Shown: piece by piece, positions 26,355-38,399 of the stretch
Layout: each line of letters starts with the position of its first letter
Position numbering within the stretch: position 1 is the stretch's first letter
NCBI RefSeq assembly: GCF_001949145.1
Contig: NW_019091360.1
Coordinates: 3,408,864-3,472,863 of the forward strand
Length of the DNA stretch: 64,000 nucleotides
Direction: 5' to 3'
Source: Acanthaster planci
Lineage: Eukaryota
Made by a program: the position numbers and the translations under genes
Notes under the pieces: generated by a model
What the model was told of the DNA's origin: nothing
The model's input: the letters and a program-made list of their open reading frames with translations, nothing else
The model's database searches: none

Positions 26355-29300
26355 GGCACATTCTGACATTATCCATTCATGCAAAAATCAATGGAAACAC
26401 TATGGTCCTCAGAATAGAAATCTATTTACATTCATCATTTGATGGAGAGACTTGGAACTATGTTTTTGTACGCAAAAACGATCCATGTGCACAACGTGTG
26501 CACCGCAACCCATTTCGATTCCTACTACTGGCCATGCAGCAGTTGGCCCAATAATGTGCGTATCGGGGGTAAAAAATCCGTATCGACAATGATCAGGAAA
26601 AGAATTACGCGTAGCAGAAGTTTGTGTCCGTAGGGAGAATCCTACGAGCAATTTCAGTGAATGGAATACAACAAAAAGGAAAGAAGTTGTTCTGAAGGAT
26701 ACAAATAAATATGGGCTTGTAAAAACTCAACAAGCAAGTCCAATCTGCAGTTAGCATGCCAAGTGGGCAACCCAGGGGAAAAAAGTAACTGCAGGGCCTG
26801 TATTACCGGTTATTCTGTGCAATCCCTCAACCTGGTACTGTACATGTACAGCTGCACTGGTATGTTACACGTATTTTCAAAGATAAACCTAAAAATACTC
26901 CATCCTTTGAATCCAAAATGTGAATCAAACACATCCAGCACATGCGCTCAGATAAAAAAAATGATCTATTTGTGAGCAGTTAGAACATTTTTCTACATTC
27001 CTTCCCGGAAAAAACTAAAGAAATAGGCAGATAGTGTTTGGTATAAATCTGAAATATACATGTAACTACTGTATTAATTTGGGGGCTGGCAATGAAAAAA
27101 GTACATCGCACATGTAGCTTCCAAGATATGGATTTTTATAACTTGGGTTGTAATACAAAATTTGCCAACTGGAACCATGGTTAGCATCAAATCAAAAGAA
27201 CTCAACATTTTACTCCAAACAATTAATGGTTTTTAGACACAAGTGTACCACTTACTGGCCAGTTTCACGTCAAATTCTTAGTGCATAAACAAAACTGTAC
27301 AGCAAACATCAAGCAAGGCCACAGAAGCTGGCCTCAACAATATTGACTAAACCTATCAAAATACCAGCAAAACACCTTTGGATGTGAAAAAAAAATATGC
27401 ATGTCACTCATACATGTGTCTAATTCACGGACCTACAGTACATGTACGTGTAAATGAAACACAGAAAACTCCTGAAGGAATCAATCACACCAAGGACTTC
27501 AAGTGAACCTATTCTGACATGGTGAACGGTGCGCAACCCTCCACCCAGAAGGGCTCCCTCACTGGGGACAAACAGAAAGGCTGGAGTGATGCTCAAACAC
27601 TGTTGGACCTGTATTACTAGCATCTGCGTAAAGACATGAGAGATATGTGGAAAGAGTGGAATGTACTCTGTAGCAGGCGCGCAGAAAGAGCTTGCTCACA
27701 CAGCATGTCCCTCTAAGGGTTGCTGTTATCACTTCATTCACAAAGCTCCCTCTCTTGTCCAAGAAGGGGACCCATATACATGTAGAGGCATTCATGTGTC
27801 TGAATATAAGTACACATGAACAATCAACGCAGTAAATCTTTAAAAAAATGTAAGCTTGCTTCATGCAAATTTATGCGAAGCAAACTCATTATTTCAGAGA
27901 TAGTCATTTCAACCACAGAATGCATGAACAACCTAAGTCAACGACATACGAGGCCTATATCACAATCCTGATGTACTTACTCAAAAACTTGTCCAAATCA
28001 ATGTTCAGCCCCAACAGACACAGAAAAGCAACTGTGCAAACAACGATGTCAAATCTGACAGAAAAAGAGTGGTTTCAACATTAAACCCGCTGAGCTACTG
28101 AATAACTGACAGCTTCTGCTAGCAGCTGGTGGGCTCCACACAGTACATGTCCCCTTGTACTGCAGCCAGGCTTCTCAAGACGGTCAACAGAGGGCGATAT
28201 TTGACAGACAGGGACTGCTCTGTTTTGGCAAAGGGGTGTTTACTAAATATCGGCCTACACTGCAGCTGTGGCTTCCTTCATGGTGAGAATTATTAATGGG
28301 AAGGATTTGATTAGTGCTACAAGTAGATGCCAAGGTTCAGTTGGGTTCGGTTCAGACACAATTCAGAAATCTTTTGTCGAACTTCGGTTCGGGTTCAGAC
28401 ATGTACGCACATGTTCGTATATGTACAATGCACATTGAGACATCGAACGTGCCGAATATACTATGTTACATATACTTCCGTGTACAAAATATGTTAATAC
28501 AAGCAATGATTATCCTCTCCGTCCCCATTCACAAGCAACTTCGATGTGAACATCCATTGTTTTCGAAGCTGTTTCTCCAAACTTTTGTTTAGGAGTAAAA
28601 TTTCCACAGGAATTTACCATCAGGAGTGCGACAGTTTCCAATTGTGTTTCACGGACCAAAAGCAGTTGTGTTGGGACCATGCTTGAATCAACAAAACGAT
28701 CGTAGGATGTGTGAAAACAGAGAAAAACAGCATGCTCAAATGGGAGTTTCCTCCTTTACAGGATACAAGATCAAATTAGATTTTGAGCAAATTGTGTCAA
28801 ACTGGATATTTTTCACGAAACAGATACAACCAACCTATGGCTTTTCACGTATTCGAAGAAGAACCGTGGTAACAAGTCAGCATTCTTTGCCCAGGATGGC
28901 ACCCAAGTGGCCAAAGGGGCGATTTTCCATCAGTCTGCAACACAAGATTTGGCACATTAAACAATGTCACGTGCAGTAGGAAAATGGAACTACTGTTAAA
29001 TGCATCCACGGCATTAAAAGCCAATGACTAGAGATGACAAGATGCTTTGAAAAACTGCGTTGAGGAGGGCAAATCATAGACTTGATCCTACCGATGAGAA
29101 TCACCGTAGCCAGTCTGATCCAGATGACCAGTTCAAACTAATTCCTCAGTTTTTTTCCTGAAAAAAAAACTTAGTCCCCCCAAAGATCTGGATTCAATGC
29201 AATCCTCAAATTTAATATTTGAAAAAGAAAGTTGACTTGCATGCGGATGCTGTCTTCCCAACAACCAGTTTGCCATATGTCTGCTTCAATCATGTCTGTG

Positions 29301-29502
29301 TTAGTCTACCATTATTACTTCAGGACATGTGGTGACGGTGGTGTACTCTCTTTGTGGGTTGGTTTACTGTCAGTTTTCACACAACTGACAGGACTGAGAG
29401 GGAAAGAATGCATTTCATATGACATGTATGACCAACAAATTTCGTTTTGTGAAGCTACAATGCAGAAAGATGGAGATGTCGCATTAACCCTAACCCCCTA
29501 GG

Positions 29503-30070
29503 NNNNNNNNNNNNNNNNNNNNNNNNNNNNNNNNNNNNNNNNNNNNNNNNNNNNNNNNNNNNNNNNNNNNNNNNNNNNNNNNNNNNNNNNNNNNNNNNNN
29601 NNNNNNNNNNNNNNNNNNNNNNNNNNNNNNNNNNNNNNNNNNNNNNNNNNNNNNNNNNNNNNNNNNNNNNNNNNNNNNNNNNNNNNNNNNNNNNNNNNNN
29701 NNNNNNNNNNNNNNNNNNNNNNNNNNNNNNNNNNNNNNNNNNNNNNNNNNNNNNNNNNNNNNNNNNNNNNNNNNNNNNNNNNNNNNNNNNNNNNNNNNNN
29801 NNNNNNNNNNNNNNNNNNNNNNNNNNNNNNNNNNNNNNNNNNNNNNNNNNNNNNNNNNNNNNNNNNNNNNNNNNNNNNNNNNNNNNNNNNNNNNNNNNNN
29901 NNNNNNNNNNNNNNNNNNNNNNNNNNNNNNNNNNNNNNNNNNNNNNNNNNNNNNNNNNNNNNNNNNNNNNNNNNNNNNNNNNNNNNNNNNNNNNNNNNNN
30001 NNNNNNNNNNNNNNNNNNNNNNNNNNNNNNNNNNNNNNNNNNNNNNNNNNNNNNNNNNNNNNNNNNNNNN
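29503..30070. other. Assembly gap (568 N)
   Basis: Run of N. Confidence 1.
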
Positions 30071-30848
30071 AGCAAGCCAGACACTGCACACAGTGACCCG
30101 TATGTGTCCCAACTCACACAGAATCCAACACCATCTCCCTGGGCCTTTCATCCCAAGTCTCACAAAATTCAACAACAGGTTCCTCAGGTACGGTACCAAG
30201 CCTGCCAAAACCTCCCAAAACCTGCTGTTGGAGTATGGCAGGTTTTGGGCAGTTAGGGTTAACATTTGGTGTACAGCAGCTTTTTGGAAGGGATCCAGCA
30301 AAATCACACTTCTGAATGAACATCACACCAGCTGATCAAACTCAATCCTCTCTCATTCTAAACCAGTGGAAAACTTGCAAAGATACATGTAACTACAGAT
30401 CCGTTTAGCCAACATAAAAGAGAATGGCACGTAGAATGATAGACTCTCCCTGAGTAAATGGGGTCATAATGGGGAAAGAATTAGAGCAAACAACAGGTCA
30501 AGATGTTACCGATCCTCAATCAAGCTTAATGTGGCGGGACCCAAACCGGATGGCAGCTGTTTATGGGAGAGCATGAGTTCGCCAGTACCAGCGACTTGTT
30601 AATGACTAGCGGCTTCCTGTCTTCATTGCTCATGCTGTCTCATGCCCCAGATCAACCAATCACTGGTCAAGCTGCCCATCCGGGGACAAGAAAAGATAAC
30701 AGGGCAGTGGACTTTGGTGGTCAGCTAGGCGACAAGACTTGCTACAATGCTAGGCTTTGAAACCTGGTTATGACAACCTAAGGCCATTGTGACTGGCAAC
30801 TTTCCACAGAACTTTGTACCTCACAATCACATGCTATACAATGTAGTT

Positions 30849-31074
30849 GGGTCATTCCATGAGGTTGGGGCACTATTTGTGACAAAGTCAATTGTGACAC
30901 GGGATCCGTAAAAATGAACAGCTATTTCCCTGCATGTGGATTCCACATTGACATTGTCATACCGTTCATCTTGCAGAGTAAATGACCTACTCTACAGGTC
31001 ATGACAGGTGGTAAAAGTTACCGATTTAATACGGACACCGTCACAAATTGTGCCTCAACCTCATGGAATGACCC
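30849..31074. mobile_element. MITE with GGGTCATTCC TIRs and 4-bp TSD AGTT (Sola-like)
   Basis: GGGTCATTCCATGAGGTTGGGGCACTATTTGTGAC ... GTCACAAATTGTGCCTCAACCTCATGGAATGACCC (35-bp TIR, 2 mismatches), with AGTT on both sides (30845-30848 and 31075-31078). Confidence 0.85.
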
Positions 31075-32883
31075 AGTTCCAATAAGTTCCAATAAATAAA
31101 ACAAATGCTATCGTTTGACTGTCTCTAGGCACAAAAACCTTATGAGGGGAAGCTCTTTTATACATAATTTACCTGTTTATGACTTGTTTCATGTATGTAC
31201 CACTGTATGGTATCTAACTTTATTCAGATAGTGACCTTGGTAAAGCTGCTTAACTTTGCAAGTCAACAGAGATGGTTATCAACCACAAACATTTTAGCAC
31301 ATATTTAAGCAACTGGTGTAAGTGTATCAGATTCAAGCCAACTGAGTGGCCCCTCTTGATATGGAAAAAACATTTCTTCAGCTATCAAGGAAGGCAAGAA
31401 ATCAGACATGAACACTCGCACAACTCTGGCAGACTGCAAAAGTGGGGATGATTAATTAAGACTTCAACTCGTCTTCCGGCGCCGAATGTGTAATCCAGTT
31501 AATTTACAGGGTACTGGATGAATGACGTTATCAAACATTATTCACTGTGAGTGAGAATTTTGTCACAGCTGGGTCTACAGGACTACAGGTGCTGTATGTA
31601 TACCAAAAGTGAAGTTCACTAACAGCTGAGAACATAACAATTATTGCATGTCTGATACCAGATTACAGTGATCTACGTCAGTATGTTCACAATGATAGCA
31701 ACAAGATGACTTGTGTAAATTACAGTTGGCATGACTAACTGCTCGTTAATCTGCTTTCCATTAATAGAAATCCTTGTTTCCAAGAAACAGCCTGATGTCA
31801 CTGTTTCAGACGCCACAGAGAAGGGAAAACTACTGGGTCACTGAGCGCACACCAACTTCCCTCCTGTTCATTGTTTTTGGCTGCGTGTTTTCTTCCCAAT
31901 GGTGGTAAAACACAATAACAGACATCATATCAAATTTTCTTATGCAGCAGGGGGTTTGAACAAATGGTCTGCACAGGAAACTGAGGAAAAAACAGCAAGA
32001 CTACAAGGTAAAACTTTACATACGCAACGTCACATATCGTACGTGTGACATATTACAGTCTGTGGCCATAACCACACACTGATTACCAGCTTAAGTTGGA
32101 TTGAAGCGGTTACACGCATTCACTCATCATGACAGTAATTGGAAATGACACCACGAGGAATATATTCTGTGTTGCTATATTGAAAACAGAAATTGGGAAT
32201 GAGATCGTAGAACTTGAAGCAACAGGAAAAACATTTTAACGTGTCGCTGGAAAATGCACGGAAACCACTAAGCTTACAAAACTATTGAGCTGAAACATGT
32301 TGATTCTAATTAACCGCATGCATCATTTCATTTATACATGTACATGTTTATATCAGTCGTAACCCAAATAGACGTTAACAGATGACTTACAGATAATGTA
32401 ACAGATAACACACATCTTGTTCCTCTTTATATAGTATACAGAGAATATTTCAACATGTGGCCAATCCTGTAGAGAGTTATGACATCTACAGGTACATGTA
32501 TATGTATATGCTAGGCTTGAATCATACCCAGCGCTTGTATGCATGCAAAGCTTGAACTCGTCTGTGGAGGCTGAACATTGGTGGAGCTCTTGAAGGGGCA
32601 AGTATCACTCAGTGAGTCTCACGGGCTCCAAGAAAAGAAAGAGATGACACTTGAAGTCTTGAAGAAATGACCCCCGGAGGTCAGCAGTTGAAAAGTCTAA
32701 CTTTGTAAAGAATTGTGGCCGTGGTATTTCGCCAATTTGTAAGTTGCTATTTTGGGACAAGATTGACGCTGTGCCCGGGACAAGTTCATTGTGAAATATT
32801 ACCTTCCGTAAGTGGTTGAACAAGCACCTAAAAAACTGACTCGGGAAGGTCTCTGGCAAAAATGCTTGGGAAGTTGGGGTTAA

Positions 32884-32934
32884 CCCTAACAGTCCTCAAT
32901 CCTTTACCTGTTGGAGGACTGAGAACTGTTAGGG
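32884..32934. mobile_element. 51-bp piggyBac-type hairpin MITE, TTAA TSD
   Basis: TTAA|CCCTAACAGTCCTCAATCCT-ttacctgttgg-AGGACTGAGAACTGTTAGGG|TTAA. CCC..GGG termini with TTAA duplication are piggyBac hallmarks. Confidence 0.75.
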
Positions 32935-33858
32935 TTAATGACTAACTGGGTTACTGTCTCGACTGGATCTCATAGTCTTTCACTTCTCATACTGTTTAGA
33001 CGTATTCTTCACTTGTAATCTTAGAAGAATCTACATGTAAGAGCTCCCTGTCGCTAAGGGCCATGTCAACAGTAATAGCTACCCAACTGCTCCTTTCTCC
33101 CGACAGGATAACATCAACTTTTTCTGACATCCCCATACATGTACATGTATATCAAACAATGAAACTGCAGCGCATGATCTGTTTCCATGTACACGAGCTA
33201 TTATGTAAACAAAACGCAGAGCACTGTCTACAGAGCTACAAGTTTCTAACAGGCTTAAACTACTACCCATGATTACGATTAGGGATACAGCAACGTGGGC
33301 CGATCAAAGAGCAAACAACTTACATTGTACATTACTGAAAGCTAAATGCAATAATGTAAAGCAATGGAGACCAAGCTCTGGATTACCATCTCAAGTGACT
33401 GGAGTGACCACTTACAATAAAACACAGAGAATAAGTAATGGTTCAATCCGACTAATTACGTTATTACTTTTTTCTTTGCAAATTCAAACCCTTGAAAGCT
33501 CCTACAGTATAGGAATTACAAATTTGTTACTGCTTCAATATTAGAAGAGCAGATTTACTATTGTGTTTAACTTCTTTCATGAGTTCTTGGGATACTTTGG
33601 GGCGGTTTCAGAGATTTTTCTCTATTCTTGGCTTTTTTTTAAACTAAAAGAAAGAAAACCTACAATAAACTTATCCCTTGCCTACAAAATAAAGCCTACA
33701 TACAGCCAACTTCAATAACCATTTGATAATTAGTTAAAAAGAAACGAAAACTGGTTAGAAATTGTATGAAATCCACCACTGAAATTTAATTGGTCCTTGC
33801 AATGTACTAGAAATTCCATTTATTCAGTAACCACACACCTGACAGAGGCCTAACATGT

Positions 33859-33962
33859 GTGACAGTATAGTCGCCAGGTCCCTTATTTCGCCACTTACTG
33901 TGAACACCAATCAGACTCGATAATAGATGGCGACATTAGAGATGTGGCGACTATACCATCAC
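33859..33962. mobile_element. Short inverted-repeat element (MITE-like)
   Basis: GTGACAGTATAGTCGCCAGGTCCCTTATTTCGCCA ... TGGCGACATTAGAGATGTGGCGACTATACCATCAC: ~35-bp imperfect inverted repeat. Confidence 0.7.
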
Positions 33963-34372
33963 GACTTATGCATGTTATTCATGTTTTTGTAGAAAAATAA
34001 ACAACAACTGGGCAAAACACCAAAGTAAAACTATGTTTGTATATCTGAGTAGAGCTGGGGGAAACTTTTTCATAGTTTGCAGGTTTATTTTCGTACAAAC
34101 AGACAGTGATCCACGAACGACGTCTCAGAATGTACAATTCGCCAGTGAGCAGCAAGCATTGTGCGCAAATGCAATGGCGTCTACGTGTACAATTCATACA
34201 TCCCTAGCCCTCAGTGGCACATCGATGTACACACTAAACCCTTGAAAACGTCATCTGGTACAAACTACACAAAAACACACGGAGAAAAGCCATGAAAACC
34301 CACCATAATCGGTTCACCTGTACATTGTGAGATTTGAAAGCAGCTACCGTGAGAGAAATGCATAAGACTTAC

Positions 34373-34433
34373 CGTAAATGGTGATTTCTAGAGCTAAAAT
34401 AACGAGCAGACAGCGCAGTCTGAGTGTCGCCAT
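34373..34433 (-). CDS. Candidate first coding exon of an unidentified secreted or membrane protein gene (MATLRLRCLLVILALEITIY-)
   Basis: gcaATGGCG start, basic then hydrophobic signal-peptide-like 20 codons, and a perfect donor G|GTAAGT (phase 1). It sits where CpG-retaining DNA changes to CpG-poor DNA. An ETS-like ACCGGAAC lies at 34473-34480. No downstream exon was confidently identified. Confidence 0.55.
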
Positions 34434-34727
34434 TGCTGCATTTCTGGCCTCGTTATGAATGAATGAGTGGCTGTTCCGGTCAAAGTGAACTTACTCCCTC
34501 TGTGCTAGGTTGACTGTACGTACACATGTAATAATCATCGCTGGTGCGTGTTTCTCGTTACAATTCATCAGAAGCACTGGGACCTAAAAACAGATGACAC
34601 ATTCCATCACCTGAACAGAAATCAAGCTTTCAAACAGTCAACCACAGAAGGGAAATACAGGACTAGGATTCCCAAAATTTGATGTTATGAACAAAAAATT
34701 ATCTGTCCGGCGGAATGTTAATGATAA

Positions 34728-34742
34728 CAGCGCCCTCTGTTG
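34728..34742 (+). promoter_or_regulatory. CTCF-like motif CAGCGCCCTCTGTTG
   Basis: Resembles the reverse complement of the CTCF core (CCACYAGRKGGCGC). Near-identical copies occur at 8859-8873 and 41090-41104. Confidence 0.45.
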
Positions 34743-37700
34743 CCTGCTTTTGAATAAAAAAGAAGTAAAAATTACGATAGAGCTAAGTGTGTGGACGTGA
34801 AGATGACGGGACAACAGAAAGTGGTATCGATGTGGACTTTTTGTTAAACCCTTTTAAAAGTGTGGACCCCCTCCCCTTTTCCTTATTTCTGAAGTACCAT
34901 CTCCCAGCAGTGAAAAACCATCATTTACAAAAAGAGGAAAAGTCTCACTTAACAGTGTCAATACTGGGGGCGAAATTTATGGTGTAGTTGTACAATGTAC
35001 TTGTAGGTCTCGGCCGCTACCGGTCAGCCGCCCGACCAAAGGACAGAAATATCAGCTCGCCTACGGTTGGGGCCGTAGAGTCTGTCCCTGGCCCTACGCA
35101 ACCGTCCCTAGCGGGAAAAAAACAAGTTGTGGCGACGAAATAATTCGACGATCTGCTTGCGGGTTTGACAAGGCATGCAGATGGCTGGACTTTGAACGAC
35201 AGAAATTTTAGTACGTTATCAACTTAAAGTGAAGCGTAGGAACAGATGGTAGCACAGAAAGTGGGTCGTAGCACATGAAGTGGACACGGGACAAGTTTGC
35301 TTCGTGAAAGCTCTCAAAAAAAATGAAATCTCGATAAACTTTTTGCGGAAAGGGCGGGGCGGTCATTACTGGACTGAGATTTAAACCAAACTATCCTGCG
35401 GCTGGATTTTCCTCTTTGTCGGAGGGACAAGAGTGACCCTTCTCAAAGCACACGTTACACCGATATTTTGTGGTTTCTTTCGGTTTTCTTGTTCGGATCA
35501 GTTCTGATGAAAACTTTCAAATTGACCTAATTTTCTCCTTTTCAGAAAATGGGAACATTTTGTTAAGACGTATTCTAAGTTACTCTCCGGAAGACCCAGT
35601 TTCTGAAGTAGCGTTTCGTCTTGAATAATCTGCAGGGTTGGACAAAACAATAAAGAAATTGGGGGACAGACAGGACTGTGGGTGTTTAAGCCACAACAAA
35701 CAACTCTTTGCCCAGTCAAAGCATTACTTTACCTGTAGCATTGCTAGCACCACAAACAAGGGTTCAGAATGAGGCATGTCCCCGAAATTTGTTTAAATCA
35801 TTATTAAACTATGCGCGATGATAGACGTATACCCGCCATGTCTTTAAATAAGACCCATTTGTGCCAACACAGAAAGTGGGTTGCCGTTTTCTCTTTCGCT
35901 CTCTCTGCAACAAAGACACTATAAGCTTGTTCCCTCCCAATGTTCGCCAATTTCTCTGCAGTACAGATCATTGCGGAATGAAACTGCAATATACCAACGA
36001 TATGGGAAACCCGAGTAACCTTCTTGAGTCCTGATGCCCCGGGGTTGTTTATGCTGCATATGTTCACGTGATACCCAATAACCCCGATCGATTAATGTCT
36101 CGACAAATACACAAATGTATGACCAACTGGCGGGAACTTAGCGGTCCCGTGGAATACGAAATCAGCCGGCGAAATGACATTCTGGTCAGCTGAATTGCAG
36201 AAATAATACAGTCAAAGTAGAAAATGCAGGACAGTGGAGAATCAATACGGAGGCCAACAGACCCCTGTCTGCGGGGCAGGAAATATTCTGATTGATTTGT
36301 CGATTCATTATATTCTTTTCCCCTCCCATCTACAGCGGTTATTTTGTTTCTCCGATGGAGGTCAGCGAGGAAGTTGTTTCTTTAATTACTTTCAGTAACG
36401 ATTAGCCCGCGCTGATTGAAAGAGAGAGTCGACTTGTCTAGGAACTTCGAGAGAAAGACTTGAGGTGAAATCGAGTCAAGACAAGAGGGCTGTAACATGA
36501 TAAACTTTGAGAGTAGTTCATAAGTACTAAAAAGCAAAATAGAACAAATGAAAACTGGAGGCATTAAATTAAACAGCAAATAAACAGACAGGTCCCACTA
36601 CCGTATCGCAAAATTCAGACAACTCAAGCATTCCTATCTCTACCCATTTCCTAAACTTCGGCCATACTCCGTACCAATGACCTGATTTGTTTCAGTTCGT
36701 AATGACAGTTGATTCTGTCATCCTTGTGTTACCAAGTTAGCCAAAAATCAAAGAGAAAATAAGCCGGAAAAAAGCCAAATCCAGAAATTTATTCATACTG
36801 AAAGCCTGAAGATGGAGCTACAGGACCAGAGTGTAGAGGGGATAATTTTTAAGGAGCGTGTCAGCTGAGCACAGCCAGCAAGGTAGGTCCTTGGGGAAAG
36901 GGGGAAAAAAAAGAGCTGCAAAAAAGTGGAGACCTAGATTTACGAGGAGCTCTCGAACTTCACTTCACATTTCGTAAGCCTTCTGGGAAGAAGTCTTCAT
37001 GAATTACCCCGGCACCGTTTTTCTGACGCACGCCGGGATTTCCTCCGTGGGATGGGTGGGGCCCTGTATTGCAAACCGATTTTTTTTGGCCGGTGTGTCA
37101 GGTACATGAAACTCGTCACGATGTGCGCTGCTAGCTCCTTATCACCCACGGAGCTTGGGTGGTAGGTAGATCCTGAACGATGCAGATAAGGTGTAGGATG
37201 AGTAATCAGCGGTACAGCCGGGGAACATCTTGGGTCGTTTGTTTCAAACGCTTACGTTTTAGTGCGCAATACGCATTTCGTAACAGTGAGTTGGGGAAAC
37301 GCAAATGTTGGGCCAGTTTCGGAATTAATTCTGCAGTCGAACTTATATTTCAGAGAAACGCGTGCCATTCTGTCTTTCTTTGGGTGCTCCAATCCAACTC
37401 TGCCCACAGGTCATGCGCTACAGTTCTTCCTTAGCTATGGGGATGGTTTCTGACATGACAATGGGACGCCACACGCACGCACAGGCATCATGCCGTATCT
37501 AACTTTGTCCCACCTTCTCTCCGACGTGCGGTTCTATACCCCCATCCCTGGGGATACGACGAATGTTCCCGGGACAGCGATAACCAGATATCCCCATCTC
37601 CCTGAGCTGTAAGGAAATGCAACACCGCAAGAAGTAATATAAATTATATACCAACTGCAATAATCATCAAGCAAACGATATGCTCTGTCGCCTCTGGTAA

Positions 37701-38399
37701 TGACCCTACTCTGTCACAACTAATTAATTTTGTTGGTCGGGAATAGAATCCGTTTTATGGCAGAATGCTTCGCTATTATTTCGTTCGGCCTCGGCTTCAA
37801 TTTCAGTTTCCATGTGAGTTTCACGGTTAACTGTTTTATGCAACTGCTCAATTTGCACCGAATTTTAGTGATCTTGGCTCACTCGGGATGCAAGGCAAAG
37901 TTTTGGACTGAAAAAAATTGGGGGGGGGAGAAAATGAATATTTGAAGAGGAAAAATTGATAGGAAACGACAATAATGGGGAAAGACGAGTGGTTGAGAAA
38001 TAATTCTTTATTGGAAGCAAACATCTTGCATTTTTGTATTGAAAAAGTAAACACATTATCGATGGAATAGTATATTCAGGGATGCCTATCGAGGGTGCAT
38101 GAAAACAGAAGACAGCACTGTTGAATTTAAAATATAGCAGGAAAACTGAAGTGATTCCCATCCAGTTTCAAAGGGACAAATATGATCGGTGGGAACAGAA
38201 CCTTCCCTTTACAACACGCTGTGTTGGAAGTTATACAAAACAACAAAAAAGCATGGGACCATCGAATATTTGATATGTCCTGTGCTACCAGCAACTGTTT
38301 TCCTTAGCTGGGCTAAAGGAAAAACACCCCCCCTAAAAAAAACAGACCCTTTCTGTCAAATAAGTACGACACGTGATCACAGTCACAAACAAGATCCCT

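Noticed and set aside
29484..29500. TAACCC repeats next to the gap as telomeric sequence
   Set aside because: Only about two units, and better explained as a TTAA|CCCTAAC transposon terminus.
29455..30307. ORFs of 199-269 aa spanning the gap
   Set aside because: Artefacts of translating N runs.
32605..32859. ORF near the candidate first exon considered as exon 2
   Set aside because: The obvious acceptor (ttttttag at ~32828) leads to a stop within 9 codons in the required phase, and alternative frames show no recognisable protein.
7580..33385. Frequent TAATCC/GGATTA (Otx-type) words in the left domain
   Set aside because: The number I noticed is about what chance predicts for a 6-mer in 34 kb.
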